From: Trueperaceae bacterium
GTDB taxonomy: Bacteria; Deinococcota; Deinococci; Deinococcales; Trueperaceae
Direction of reading: 5' to 3'
Length of the DNA: 64,000 nt
NCBI GenBank assembly: GCA_965215565.1
Contig: CBDCDZ010000004.1
Span: 4,128,001 to 4,192,000 of the forward strand
Under the pieces are notes generated by a model. The model saw only the letters and a list, made by a program, of their open reading frames with translations, did no database searches and was not told the DNA's origin. Position numbers and translations under genes: made by a program. Positions within the stretch are counted from its first letter, which is position 1. Each line of letters starts with the position of its first letter. This document shows positions 18,977-28,804 of the stretch, piece after piece.

Positions 18977-19354
18977 TTATTCAAGAGGTTCCAAATGCTG
19001 TCCCAACCACCCTATCAGTTCACCACGCGAAATCTCAGACGACGCGACACCCAAAATAAGCTGCTCTTGCTCATCCACGCCAGCTTGAATTTCAAAGCCG
19101 TTGAGGAGAAGCGTCACTTCCATTGCGGCGTGACCGATGCGTTTGTTACCGTCCACGAAAGGGTGATTTTGAATGAGCAAGAAAGCGAGAGCCGCTGCTT
19201 TTTCCGTGAGGCTAGGGTAAAGTTCGGTATCGCCGAAGGTCATGGCGGGTTGAATAACTGCCGATTCCAAAGCGCCTAAATCTCTTACGCCTTCAGCGCC
19301 TCCCGATTGTTGGAGTAAGAGCTTATGCAGTTCCAAGGTCAGATAGCGCGTCAA
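18977..19354 (-). CDS. Death-on-curing (Fic/Doc) family toxin
   Basis: GVRDLGALESA and HPFVDGNKRIG Fic motif. Confidence 0.92.
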   Translation of the reverse strand: MTRYLTLELHKLLLQQSGGAEGVRDLGALESAVIQPAMTFGDTELYPSLTEKAAALAFLLIQNHPFVDGNKRIGHAAMEVTLLLNGFEIQAGVDEQEQLILGVASSEISRGELIGWLGQHLEPLE

Positions 19355-19545
19355 GCGAGTCGCTTGTACAACTCCGCGTTCTTCTCCAAGACGCGCTTCG
19401 CCGCATTTTGAAAGTTCGTGTGGCGCTCGAGTGTCTCTACCAAACTGTTCGCGGCAAATTCTTCAGGGCTGAGGTTGAGTTTGGACGCCGCTTGCTCGAG
19501 CTGCTTGGCTACATCATCGGAAAAAGTGATTTCGAGTTTTTGCAT
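19351..19545 (-). CDS. Antitoxin partner of Doc (RHH-like)
   Basis: 64 aa, overlaps the doc start, ends VLEKNAELYKRLA; leaderless TAAAAT-N6-ATG. Confidence 0.75.
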   Translation of the reverse strand: MQKLEITFSDDVAKQLEQAASKLNLSPEEFAANSLVETLERHTNFQNAAKRVLEKNAELYKRLA

Positions 19546-19596
19546 AGGACTATTTTAGACTATTATGCTGGGCAACCTGTCGTGCAATTTGCTACC

Positions 19597-19681
19597 TCAA
19601 CCAACCTCTCGCGCTCCAACTACCTCTCAGACGACACCCGGTCCTAATTCTTGCGCCTCACTAAAAGCCCCTCAATCCCAA
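19597..19681 (-). repeat. Array-1 junction repeat S4 (decayed DUF2442 3' end)
   Basis: Reads VGIEGLLVRRKN*...REVG* versus IGIEGLLAGRKS...AREVG* at 19829-19920. Confidence 0.75.
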
Positions 19682-19813
19682 CTAAGCCGCGTTCTTGTCG
19701 GTAAGCTCGAGCTTCTCCTCGAGCCAAGTCTGGATGAGCACTTCGGGTAACACATCCCTAAAGTCGGTGAGGTCTTCTAAAGAATCAAACTCGAGTTGTT
19801 TACTTTCTGGCAT
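19682..19813 (-). pseudogene. Internally deleted CopG/BrnA-like antitoxin remnant
   Basis: 43-aa ORF MPESKQLEFDSLEDLTDF|RDVLPEVLIQTWLEEKLELTDKNAA with AGGAGG RBS; looks like the N- and C-termini joined. Confidence 0.5.
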
Positions 19814-19828
19814 ACTGCCTCCTTTCTC

Positions 19829-20102
19829 TTACCCAACCTCTCGAGCCCCCAACCACCTCTCAAACAATTTCCGACTCTCCTGGCTCTTCCGCCCCGCCAA
19901 AAGCCCTTCAATCCCGATGTGCTCGTCCAAATCAGCCCAAGCGATAGCGTAGCCCTCCCCCAAAAGCTCCCAGTTCTCGCGCTCGGCTGCGCTGCCTGCG
20001 TCTAAGCGGGGGGATACCAGGCGAGTGGGACGCGAAGTTGTCTACCGTCCTCTAGGGTCACGGTGAGGGTGTTGGCGTCGATTTGTACGTCAGTTCCTAC
20101 GG
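19829..20102 (-). pseudogene. DUF2442 family protein, 5'-truncated and frameshifted
   Basis: LTVTLEDGRQLRVPLAWYP / frameshift in a C-run near 20010 / RLDAGSAAERENWELLGEGYAIAWADLDEHIGIEGLL. Confidence 0.8.
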
Positions 20103-20327
20103 CTACACGCTCTCCAACATCGTCTTTTCATCCACCTTGTCGCCGTAGAGATGCGCCGCGTAGTCACCGCCACCCGTGAGGTGCTGAACCCCTCGGATGA
20201 GATAGTAGTCGGTCTCTAAAGTTACGAACTCGCCCACGCACGGCACGCGGGTAAGCTCTACGTCTCCAAGCGTTTTGTCCTCTGCCGCGTGACCTCTAAA
20301 CCTTGTATGTAAGACCATTTTGAGCAT
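20103..20327 (-). CDS. Hypothetical protein
   Basis: 74 aa, RVPCVGEFV motif; leaderless TAGGAT-N6-ATG. Confidence 0.55.
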   Translation of the reverse strand: MLKMVLHTRFRGHAAEDKTLGDVELTRVPCVGEFVTLETDYYLIRGVQHLTGGGDYAAHLYGDKVDEKTMLESV

Positions 20328-20404
20328 GTCATCATCCTACCCGGTTTGGTGCAATCTAGCTAGCGCGACCTCACGCCCCATCCTACGGACGGTATACTGA
20401 GCCT

Positions 20405-20956
20405 ATGCCCCATTCCGCCGAACCTCTTAGGCTCATGTCGCCACGAGCTTACCTAGAGTTTGAGGAAACCGCAACAGAACGCCACGAGTATGTGGACGGC
20501 GTGATTCACGCGCTACCGGGCGAGACTTTGCGGCACAATAGAATCGCTGGCAGGCTCTACGCAACGCTGCTTTCATATGCGGATGAAAGAGGTTGCCGAA
20601 TTGCCTTTGAGGGCGTCAAGCTCTGGATTCCCAGTCTGAACCGCTACTACTACCCTGATGTGATGGTCCTCTGTGACCCGCGCGATACGGATGACAGAAT
20701 TTTTCAGTACCCCTGCTTTATTGCAGAAGTTTTTTCCCCAAGTACCGAGGCGACGGACAGGCGCGAGAAGTTGCAGGCGTATAGGACCATCGAAACTTTA
20801 CAGGGCTACCTCATGGTTGATCCTCGACGCAACGCCGCTGAGTATGTCAAGCGCACGCCGCAGGGGTGGCGGACGTATGCACTAGAAGAGGGTCATTTTG
20901 AGGTGGACTGCTTAGCGGCTTCGGTAGAGGTCCAGGCGCTTTTTGAAGGTGTATAG
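20405..20956 (+). CDS. Uma2 family (DUF820) endonuclease-like protein
   Basis: YLEFE..RHEYVDG, YYPDVMV and EVFSPSTEATDRREK motifs. Confidence 0.88.
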   Translation: MPHSAEPLRLMSPRAYLEFEETATERHEYVDGVIHALPGETLRHNRIAGRLYATLLSYADERGCRIAFEGVKLWIPSLNRYYYPDVMVLCDPRDTDDRIFQYPCFIAEVFSPSTEATDRREKLQAYRTIETLQGYLMVDPRRNAAEYVKRTPQGWRTYALEEGHFEVDCLAASVEVQALFEGV

Positions 20957-20980
20957 AGGAGGGCCCGTTGGATCATTCCA

Positions 20981-21997
20981 CTACTCAAACGTCTCCTCTA
21001 ACAGCTCGGAGAGGCGCGACAAGCAGCGGTAGTGCTTCTTGGCGTACGCGCCTGAGCGGTAGTCGGGGCTGAAGAGGTCCTCTAGCGCCACCTCGCCCGC
21101 GCCGCGAAAGCCTATCTTGAGGTCGTAGAGCTTGTCGATGAAGTGCACGAATCTGAGCGCGTCGTTCTGCTCGCTCAGGGTGCGCATCCCACTCAGGTAG
21201 AGCGTGCCCATCTGTCTCAAGAGCGCGCTGTAGCGAATCGGGTGATGCTCGCTCAAGAAGGTCAAAAGGTCGCGCCACCCAAGGTGAACTTGAGGGCCGG
21301 GGGCGGTTTCGGTCTCGAGCCGTTCTTGAAGTTTCTCCTCGCTCAGCAGCGTCGCTAGATAGTCGCGCTGGCGGTAGTCTGGACCCTCTAAAAGCACTGC
21401 GTCAAAGCGCTCGGCGATGCTCTGAATCTCGCGCTTAAAGTCTGAGGCGTTGAAGCGCCCCTGCCCTTGCGCCTCAGGCGGCGTGTTCGAGGTGGTCATG
21501 ACAAAGCTGCCGCGCTCAAAAGCGTGCGACAAAAAGGTCTTGACGATGAGCGTGTTGCCAGGGTCGTCGAGTTCGAACTCGTCGATGCAGAAGAGCTTGT
21601 AAGTGAGGTTCTCTTTCGCCTGCGCCATCCCCTGCGCGCCGATGACGTAGACAAGCTCCTGAAACGACATGTACGCCTTATCCTCTTCGGGCGCGTCGCA
21701 GGCGTGATACGCCGCTGCCAAGAGGTGAGTTTTACCCGTGCCGAAGCCGCCGTCTAAGTAGAGGCCGCGTCCTTGCGCGGCGGGCGCGTCTTGCCAGAAC
21801 CAGCGAAAAGGGGTCGGTTTACTCTGCGTGACCTCTTGCGCGAACGCCTGAGAGGTCATAGACGCCTCCTTTTGGCTCGGATGCTGCGGCTTGTAGCCCG
21901 CAAAGCTCGTCTCGCCGAAGCGCGGCGGCGGGCTGAACTGAGGCAGAGCGCGCGCTTTAGGGAGGGTCAGGTCTTGGGCGCTAAGAACGTCAGGCAC
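20981..21997 (-). CDS. zapE: AFG1/ZapE family ATPase
   Basis: GLYLDGGFGTGKTHL, CIDEFELDDPG, TTSNT, DYR and RFVHFIDKLYD motifs. Confidence 0.85.
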   Translation of the reverse strand: MPDVLSAQDLTLPKARALPQFSPPPRFGETSFAGYKPQHPSQKEASMTSQAFAQEVTQSKPTPFRWFWQDAPAAQGRGLYLDGGFGTGKTHLLAAAYHACDAPEEDKAYMSFQELVYVIGAQGMAQAKENLTYKLFCIDEFELDDPGNTLIVKTFLSHAFERGSFVMTTSNTPPEAQGQGRFNASDFKREIQSIAERFDAVLLEGPDYRQRDYLATLLSEEKLQERLETETAPGPQVHLGWRDLLTFLSEHHPIRYSALLRQMGTLYLSGMRTLSEQNDALRFVHFIDKLYDLKIGFRGAGEVALEDLFSPDYRSGAYAKKHYRCLSRLSELLEETFE

Positions 21998-22098
21998 AAG
22001 CTTGAGCTTAACACGGAAAGAGGGCTTGCCTTCCGCTGTACGAGATACGCTGAAAAGTCGGTTGAGGGAGGTGTTGTGTAGGGGGAATTAGAGAATAC

Positions 22099-22152
22099 AG
22101 AAGGAGGAATACAAAATGGGAGCCTATATTCTCCATTTTGTATTCCTCCTTC
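22099..22152. repeat. Long inverted repeat, probably acting as a terminator
   Basis: GAAGGAGGAATACAAAATGG ... CCATTTTGTATTCCTCCTTC 20-bp stem. Confidence 0.7.
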
Positions 22153-22230
22153 ATTGAGCCGGTCAAATGACTTTTCGTTCAGTCCCCGCTATATGTTGAG
22201 ATTGACAACTGTGACACTCTCTCAGTAAGG

Positions 22231-22737
22231 TCAGTCCTCTTCGGACTCACTGAGAGACCCCTTGCGCGCTCCTCGGCTCGACTTGTACCACGGCTTATCC
22301 CCCGTGCTAGGCGCGCTAAGTAGCCCCTCGTCCTCCATTTTGTTGATCGTGTCGATGTCGCGGACGTTTTTCTGAATCGTCGTCGCGGCGAACAAGCTGA
22401 GCGTGAACGCCATGCCGTAGAACCCCTTTTCACTGAGCCCGAACGAGGCGTTCCAGAGCCCGATAACCATGAGCGCGAGCGCGCTGAGAACGGCGGTCCA
22501 AGCGATGCCGTAATAGATGCCGGTCACGGGAATGTCCTGCTGACGGTCCCTGACCGCCTTTTGCAGCGAGATGACCGAAAAGAGCCCGAAGAGCATGAGG
22601 ATGAAGTAAAACCCCTTTTCGCCGAGCCCGAAAGAAGCGTTCCAGAGCCCGACGAAGTAGGCGGTGGTGCCGACGAAGAGCGCGGACCAAGACGCGCCGA
22701 CAAAGGCGTTGGTGGGTTTGGGAAGCGTATGTGCCAT
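22231..22737 (-). CDS. Inner membrane protein YiaA family
   Basis: Two repeats of GLWNA...EKGFY...QKxVRD; start MAHTL after an AGGAG RBS. Confidence 0.85.
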   Translation of the reverse strand: MAHTLPKPTNAFVGASWSALFVGTTAYFVGLWNASFGLGEKGFYFILMLFGLFSVISLQKAVRDRQQDIPVTGIYYGIAWTAVLSALALMVIGLWNASFGLSEKGFYGMAFTLSLFAATTIQKNVRDIDTINKMEDEGLLSAPSTGDKPWYKSSRGARKGSLSESEED

Positions 22738-23396
22738 GAGGTTGCTCCTAAGTTGAGGTGTCGCCGTTCTAATATCGCTTAGAACGGGGCTCGAGGTCAC
22801 ACTACCGGGAACGAGATGGACTGTCTCGACTTGTGTCACGACCTCATCAAGCCAGCATACTCGGGCGCGTTTCGCCAGATTTCGAAAAGGTCACAGAAGG
22901 GCATGTAGATTTTTTCCGAAAGCCAGAGGCATTGTTGAAGTGCGGAAGGGTCACTCATGTGTTCGCGAAGCAGCTCCAACCTTCGCTTTTCCTCATCGCC
23001 GTAAGCGTAGCCAGAACTAAAGTGATGGTTCTCTACAAAGACGGCAGGGTGATATTCGCCAAGGAATAGGAAAAAGCCTTTGGGGATAGCTCGAGCACGC
23101 GGGTGTCAGCCGTGAGATTCATCTTGCCAGTTTATCATCTCGGCGTATTTCCTCTCCGTCAACGCCGCTAGCTACCGCTGAGTAAAAGGGAATATCTTCC
23201 GCTATAGAGGGCTTTGCCAGGTTGCTGCTCGCAGCGCGGAGAAGTTGCCGTCGTGAAATTTACGGGTAAAGCGCCCCTATAGACTGCTCGCTTGCTCAGG
23301 AATTTCTTTAGGCTAACAATAGTCGCATCTCGGTTAAACGTGTTAGCCACGGTCTCCCCGCTAAGTAAATGATGAAGTGCGGCAGAAAGGATATAT

Positions 23397-24188
23397 ATGA
23401 AGCGTAGTAGAATCTACCAGGTTTTATCCCTTTTGCTCTTCGCAGGTCTTTTGGCAAGCTGTAGCGATGTGTCGCAGCAAGAGGTGGTCGAGGAGCAGAG
23501 CACAGATACCTATGCGTTTAGCGCGCAGACCAGTAGCGGTTTGCTCTCGGGCGAGCTGACGCTAATTGAAGATGGCAGATGGGACGACTATGGAGGGGAC
23601 CGCGATTTTAGCTTCCAGTCATTTGATGCCCAGCTGAGGTTAGAAGACGGAACTCAGGTTAGCGGTCCTGCTTTCTTGCGAAACGGGGACGTTAGTCTAT
23701 ATCTCAGTAACAGAAGCGGTCAGTATATTAGAGGTGGTGGTCAAGCCAATGTTGACGGTTCGCTGAGTGGAGGGCTTAATGGACGAGTGAGCAACCAGCT
23801 TGTTACAGGTTCATGGACAGCGACCCCGATGAGTGGCTCAGGCAATACGCCCGACCCGACTCCTCCAGATGATGGTGATGATGGCAACCCACCCCCTTCC
23901 AATCCCGGTGACTCTGGGCAAGGCAACTTAACTGTCAACATCTTATCCAGCCCGAGTAACGTAAGTGTTGCGGTGACAGCTGAACTGGTCGGCGGAGGGG
24001 ACAATAGCTCTGTCAGTCTAAGCGGTTCCTCCAGTAGTAGCAGCGGCGGAGACCTGCTAGGAGTAATTGACGCTCCAGCCTCTGCGGGCGAATACCTGAT
24101 CAAAGTTAGCGGTGAAGGTGTTGTGGTACAAGACCGCTCCATCACGGTTGACCCTGGCGAAGATAAAGTGGTAAATATCACGCTCTAA
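23397..24188 (+). CDS. Hypothetical lipoprotein
   Basis: Signal peptide with LLASC lipobox, Pro/Asp-rich linker and beta-rich C-terminal domain. Confidence 0.65.
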   Translation: MKRSRIYQVLSLLLFAGLLASCSDVSQQEVVEEQSTDTYAFSAQTSSGLLSGELTLIEDGRWDDYGGDRDFSFQSFDAQLRLEDGTQVSGPAFLRNGDVSLYLSNRSGQYIRGGGQANVDGSLSGGLNGRVSNQLVTGSWTATPMSGSGNTPDPTPPDDGDDGNPPPSNPGDSGQGNLTVNILSSPSNVSVAVTAELVGGGDNSSVSLSGSSSSSSGGDLLGVIDAPASAGEYLIKVSGEGVVVQDRSITVDPGEDKVVNITL

Positions 24189-24204
24189 GTTATGTCCGAA
24201 TACA

Positions 24205-24232
24205 AGAGAGGCTCGAGTGCTCGAGCCTCTCT
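24205..24232. terminator. Bidirectional terminator hairpin built from two CTCGAG sites
   Basis: AGAGAGGCTCGAG-TG-CTCGAGCCTCTCT between convergent genes. Confidence 0.7.
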
Positions 24233-24241
24233 TTCAGTGGG

Positions 24242-25447
24242 CTAGAGCGTCTTCTCCGTCTCTGTAGGGACCTTATGGTTTGCATCCGCAGGGCTCGAGT
24301 CACCTTTCCCAGCACGCGCTAGCTGCGCGAACACCGTCACCAGCCCGAGCGCTACTGCCACGAGCCCAAGCGCCCCCGCGAGCGTCACGAGTTCGGCGGC
24401 AAACCCGATTAAAGGCGGACCCGCCAACCACCCTAAATAACCGAGCGTCGCTACCGCCGCAATTCCTGTACCCGGCGCAATCCCTGGCGTGCGCCCTGCG
24501 GCGCTAAAGAAGACGGGCACGAGGTTGGCAAGTCCGAGCCCGACGCAGCCGAAGCCGATGATGGCGGCGAGAGGTTGTCCGGTGAGGAGTGACAAGCCGA
24601 GCCCAGCGCCCGCCACCAAACTACCAAAGCGCACCGTCCTAGCTGAGCCGAGCCGCCCCACCACCACGTCACCCGTCAAGCGCCCCACCGCCATCATCAG
24701 TGAGAAGGAGGCGAAACCGGCAGCGGCGAGCCCGGTGCTCGTTCCTAAAACGTTGCGCAAGTAAACCGCGCTCCAGTCCGCCATCGCCCCTTCACCGACG
24801 AAAACGACGAAAGCCAAGAGTCCGAGCCCGAGCAGCGAGCCTGTGGGCAGCACAAAGGCGGGACCATCCGAAGAGGTTGAACCTTCCGCGCTTTTAGGCA
24901 AGAGGTGGCGAAGCACGAATACGCCCGCGCTCAGAAAAACGAGCGACGCGCTCGTCATGTGCAGAATCGGGCTCACGCCGCTCTCCAAAACCAATCCGCC
25001 AAGACCCGCCCCGAAGAGCCCACCTAAGCTAAAGAAGCCGTGAAACGACGACATGATGGGCTTGTCGTAACGCTGTTCCACGGCGACGGCTTGCGTGTTC
25101 ATCGCCACGTCCATCGCGCCGTTGCAGAGTCCGAAAAAGATGAGCGAGAGGACGAGGGGCGCGAAAGATGGCGCGAGCACGAGCGGCGGTAGCGACAAGC
25201 AAAAGGCAACCGTAGATACGCTCGTCACCGCGCGGCTGCCGAAGTGGGCGATAAGCCAGCCCGAGAGCGTCAGCGAAAAGACTGCGCCCAGGGCGACGCC
25301 TAAAAGTGCCAGCCCGAGCAGTCCCTCGGATAAGCTCAGCTTTTCTTGCACGAGCGGGATGTGCGGCACCCAACTGGCGATGGTTGCGCCGTTGACGAAG
25401 AAGATGGTGAGGACCGCGAGTCGGGCGACTTTGGGACGTGAGGTCAT
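24242..25447 (-). CDS. MFS transporter
   Basis: About 12 hydrophobic helices; GAMDVAMN, MSSFHGFFSLG and EGAMADWS motifs. Confidence 0.88.
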   Translation of the reverse strand: MTSRPKVARLAVLTIFFVNGATIASWVPHIPLVQEKLSLSEGLLGLALLGVALGAVFSLTLSGWLIAHFGSRAVTSVSTVAFCLSLPPLVLAPSFAPLVLSLIFFGLCNGAMDVAMNTQAVAVEQRYDKPIMSSFHGFFSLGGLFGAGLGGLVLESGVSPILHMTSASLVFLSAGVFVLRHLLPKSAEGSTSSDGPAFVLPTGSLLGLGLLAFVVFVGEGAMADWSAVYLRNVLGTSTGLAAAGFASFSLMMAVGRLTGDVVVGRLGSARTVRFGSLVAGAGLGLSLLTGQPLAAIIGFGCVGLGLANLVPVFFSAAGRTPGIAPGTGIAAVATLGYLGWLAGPPLIGFAAELVTLAGALGLVAVALGLVTVFAQLARAGKGDSSPADANHKVPTETEKTL

Positions 25448-25469
25448 GAGGTCTCCGTTATTTTATCCG

Positions 25470-27059
25470 TTAGTTGGATTGCAGAATCACACCTTCGAAG
25501 GGGCGCAGTTTGAGCGGTTGTTCGGCTTGACCTCTTCTGCCGAGTTCTGTTGAGAGCGTCACGCACCAGTCCGCTTCATCAGGTGGCGTGACCTCTCGAG
25601 CCTCTGCTGAAAAGTTGAGTAGTACCAGGGCTTTCGACGCTTCAACCTCTCGCCGGTAGCCGAATACGTCGTTCGGTGTGTCATCTAAAGGTTCGTAGCT
25701 GCCGATATTCAAAGCGGGCGTGTTGCGGCGCAGTTCCAACAACCTCTTGTAAAGCCACAGCATAGAGGTCTCGTCTTGCTTCTCAACCTCGACATTGACG
25801 CGCTCATAGTTCTCCGCAACGGGTAGCCAAGGCTCAGCTTCCGAAAAACCCGCGTACGTCTCCGCGTTCCACTGCATCGGCGTGCGCACGCCGTCTCTGG
25901 TCGTGCCCGTTTGGTAGACGGTGAAGGGGTCTTGCTGCTTTTCGGGTGGTACGTCTACGTTCGTCATATTCAACTCGTCGCCGTAGTACAGAAAGGGCGT
26001 GCCGCGTAAGCTCAAGAGGAGCATGGCGGCGAGCCGCGCCGCCTCCCCATGACGACTCAAGCGGGGCATATCGTGGTTGGCGAGGTTATAATTGGGTTGG
26101 TTATCGCCTAGCGCCGCGTCGTAAGCGTCTATCTTGGCCCGGAGCGTGTCCGCCTCCAGCGGCAAGAACATCAGCCCGAAGTAGAAAGGTAGGTCGAGCC
26201 CATTGCCGTTGCCATAATAGGCGTTAATCTGCTCCGGCTCTAAGTAATACAAAATCTCCCCTACAAGCACGCGCTCGGGGTAGGCGTGAATCGTGCGGGC
26301 CATCTCGAGGATGTAGTCGTGCGTCTCCGGCTGGTTGAGGTGGTATTTGGCGGCGGCGAGGTAGTCCTCAGCCTGCGCCGTATAGGGCGGTTCGTCTCGG
26401 AATTCGGCGTCTTTGCCTAAAAAGTCGAGCATATCGACGCGAAAGCCGTCCGCGCCGCGCTCTAACCAGAAGCGCAAGGCGTCCATCATCGCCTCTTTCA
26501 CCTCTTCATTGCGCCAGTTGAGTTCGGGCTGATAGGGGGAAAAGGACGCTAGGTAATACTGCGCCGTAGCTTCGTCCCAGACCCAAGCCGAACCGGGCGT
26601 ATCCAAACCGTTGACGCTCCGCCAGTTGTTCGGGGGGGAGCCGTCTGGCTTCGCGTCGCGCCAGGTGTACCAGTCGCGTTTGGGGTTGTCCTTGGAACTG
26701 CGCGATTCTACAAACCAGGGGTGCTCGTCTGAGGAGTGGTTCGGTACGAAGTCGAGGATGATCTTGAGGTTGCGCCCGTGCGCTTCACGAATGAGGTCAT
26801 CGAAATCTTCTAGGGTGCCGAAAAGCGGGTCAACGCCCGTATAGTCCGACACGTCGTAGCCGAAGTCTCGGTTGGGCGAGGGGTAGATAGGGGAGAGCCA
26901 CACCGCGTCTACGCCTAGCCACTCGAGATACTCCAACTTCTCCGTAATCCCTCTGAGGTCGCCGACGCCATTTCCTGTGGTGTCCTTAAAGCTGCGCGGA
27001 TAGATTTGGTAGATGACGCCCTTTTTCCACCACGTATGCTCTTTTGTAAGTTGAGTCAT
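25470..27059 (-). CDS. GH13 alpha-glucosidase/oligo-1,6-glucosidase
   Basis: YQIYPRSF, DFGYDVSDY, DFVPNH, DGFRVD, NHD and RDGVRTPMQW motifs. Confidence 0.92.
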   Translation of the reverse strand: MTQLTKEHTWWKKGVIYQIYPRSFKDTTGNGVGDLRGITEKLEYLEWLGVDAVWLSPIYPSPNRDFGYDVSDYTGVDPLFGTLEDFDDLIREAHGRNLKIILDFVPNHSSDEHPWFVESRSSKDNPKRDWYTWRDAKPDGSPPNNWRSVNGLDTPGSAWVWDEATAQYYLASFSPYQPELNWRNEEVKEAMMDALRFWLERGADGFRVDMLDFLGKDAEFRDEPPYTAQAEDYLAAAKYHLNQPETHDYILEMARTIHAYPERVLVGEILYYLEPEQINAYYGNGNGLDLPFYFGLMFLPLEADTLRAKIDAYDAALGDNQPNYNLANHDMPRLSRHGEAARLAAMLLLSLRGTPFLYYGDELNMTNVDVPPEKQQDPFTVYQTGTTRDGVRTPMQWNAETYAGFSEAEPWLPVAENYERVNVEVEKQDETSMLWLYKRLLELRRNTPALNIGSYEPLDDTPNDVFGYRREVEASKALVLLNFSAEAREVTPPDEADWCVTLSTELGRRGQAEQPLKLRPFEGVILQSN

Positions 27060-27121
27060 GGGTTTTCCTTTCGGTTTTTATGTTCGGTTCAAGTTGAACA
27101 GATGAAGAGGTGAGGGTTTGT

Positions 27122-27703
27122 TTAGCTCGAGTGCAGTTCACCCTCGGGCGGACCGATGTGAAAGTCGCGAAAGGTCGCCCGCAAGCCCGAACGCTCGGGG
27201 GTGCAGCACATGACGCCGACTTTGATAGGGTCAGAAGCAGGAAAGTCAGCGAGGCGCAAGAGGTAAGCGGAACCCTCCCGCAGAACTTGAACTAAGAGCG
27301 CCCCACCCCGGCGCGTGAGGCGGAGCGTCACCTCTGAGGCGTCTGTATTCAAATTCGTATTCAAAGAGGTCACGGACCAGTCGCTACGCTCCCGCGTGAC
27401 CACTGTGCTGAGTAGCTGTTTGCCGTCACTGTACTCAACCCCCGCTTTGACCCAATACCGCTCGTCTAAGCGCAGCATCAGCCCCGCTTGGTCGTAGAGG
27501 TGCGCGTACTGAGCGCTGAACGTCACCTCGGCGGTGAAGTCGCCCTCGGTTTCGGTATAGAAAAAGTGTCCGTTGTCGCGCACAAAGCCGTAGTGCGTCT
27601 CGCGCCAGAAGTCGGTGCGCTCGCCTGTGGTGACGCTCAAGCGGTTGTTTTCGACGTTCCAGTCGGGCGGCTCGCCTAGCCAGTACATGTCGGTGAACTT
27701 CAT
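27122..27703 (-). CDS. DUF1349 domain protein
   Basis: TDFWRETHYGF, YDQAGLM, WVKAGVE and GVMCCTPER motifs; start MKFTD after an AAGGAG RBS. Confidence 0.85.
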   Translation of the reverse strand: MKFTDMYWLGEPPDWNVENNRLSVTTGERTDFWRETHYGFVRDNGHFFYTETEGDFTAEVTFSAQYAHLYDQAGLMLRLDERYWVKAGVEYSDGKQLLSTVVTRERSDWSVTSLNTNLNTDASEVTLRLTRRGGALLVQVLREGSAYLLRLADFPASDPIKVGVMCCTPERSGLRATFRDFHIGPPEGELHSS

Positions 27704-27750
27704 AGTGTTCGCTCCTTGTTTTAAGAGTGCGGGTTGACTCGAGTCTTCGG

Positions 27751-27999
27751 TTACATGCGGCATACAAAAGAAAACATCGAGATAACGCCCAACCACATCG
27801 GGATAGCGATAAAAACCTTGCCGAGCGTGAAGATACTTGTTACGTCTGCGCCAAAAAGTTGCGCGACGCCCCCGACAATCAGCGTGATGAGACCGAGCGC
27901 GGTCAAGAGAACGAGCGCGAGGAGAAGCGCCGTGCGTTTTGCGCCGAAGAGGGTTCGGCTTTCGCGAGTCATGATGCGAATCGTACGTTTCATGAGCAT
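27751..27999 (-). CDS. Small hypothetical membrane protein
   Basis: Two hydrophobic helices; GGAGG RBS right after the upstream stop. Confidence 0.45.
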   Translation of the reverse strand: MLMKRTIRIMTRESRTLFGAKRTALLLALVLLTALGLITLIVGGVAQLFGADVTSIFTLGKVFIAIPMWLGVISMFSFVCRM

Positions 28000-28009
28000 C
28001 CTCCACGTT

Positions 28010-28804
28010 TTAACGGTGTTGCTCCATATAGGCGGCTGCGAAATCCACGAGCGCACGCTGCGCAATGAGCTTCGTTTCTGCTTGACCGACGTAGCACGCG
28101 CTCACCTCATGCACCTCTTCGAACGCTGCGCCAATCGCCACAAAATCATCTGAAATGGGCTCCAATACCTCATAGCTGACCCACTGCCGCTCACCGTCCA
28201 CGAATACCGCGCTGCTCTCCGTAATGAGCGACTTATTTGCGTAGTCAGCCCGCGCTTCTGCCAGATGCAAGGACGTGTTTTTATCGTGACTGACGCCGAG
28301 CAGTAAGACGTGAGCGCCTAAGTCGTAGAGTTTCGCGAGCGGTGAACCTTCTCCGGTTGGGCTCTCTAAGGGATGCTCCGCTGTAAGGTCAGCCGCGTTT
28401 GCGCCGAGCGCCGCGAACGAACGAGCCGGGTGCGTGCTGCGCGTTGCACCGGGCCACAACCGAATCGTTTCGGCGAGGACGCCCATGTTTAAGGACGGTG
28501 TGAGGACGGCGTCGTAGGCGGGCCAGTGTTCACGTATTGCTGGATACCAGGATTTAGGAATGTCACCGTGTACACCTCTTGTCGGGTCTAAGTTCTTCCA
28601 GGTTTGCGTCGGGACGACGAGCGTGCCCTCGTCGCCCACGGCTGCTAAGAGCGCACGTACTACCGTCTCCGCGCCGCCAATCACAAATCCAATTTGGCTC
28701 AGTGAACCGTGAACGATGAGGGTGTGACCTCTTTGAACGCCGCAGGCGCGAAGGTCGGTGAGGAGGCTATGGGGGGTAAGAGGTTCGGCGCTACGCTCAG
28801 CCAT
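28010..28804 (-). CDS. AAC(3)/YokD family N-acetyltransferase
   Basis: LIVHGSLS.IG.VIGG, GTLVVPT, RSTHP.RSFAA.G, SPLAKLY and NTSLHLAE motifs. Confidence 0.88.
   Translation of the reverse strand: MAERSAEPLTPHSLLTDLRACGVQRGHTLIVHGSLSQIGFVIGGAETVVRALLAAVGDEGTLVVPTQTWKNLDPTRGVHGDIPKSWYPAIREHWPAYDAVLTPSLNMGVLAETIRLWPGATRSTHPARSFAALGANAADLTAEHPLESPTGEGSPLAKLYDLGAHVLLLGVSHDKNTSLHLAEARADYANKSLITESSAVFVDGERQWVSYEVLEPISDDFVAIGAAFEEVHEVSACYVGQAETKLIAQRALVDFAAAYMEQHR

Noticed and set aside
16500..20340. Integron/attC cassette array
   Set aside because: There is no tyrosine integrase in the window, and I could not find paired RYYYAAC/GTTRRRY boxes with attC-like palindromes. The junctions are gene-tail remnants. 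An IntegronFinder run would settle it.
20405..20956. Uma2 gene as the recombinase or nuclease that builds array 1
   Set aside because: Uma2 genes are common multicopy genes in this group and none lies next to array 2; adjacency is the only evidence.
22840..23170. Protein-like minus-strand reading (GFFLFLGEYHPAVFVENHH...)
   Set aside because: It has an in-frame stop, no suitable start and no family I can recognise. It may be a gene remnant but I cannot support that.
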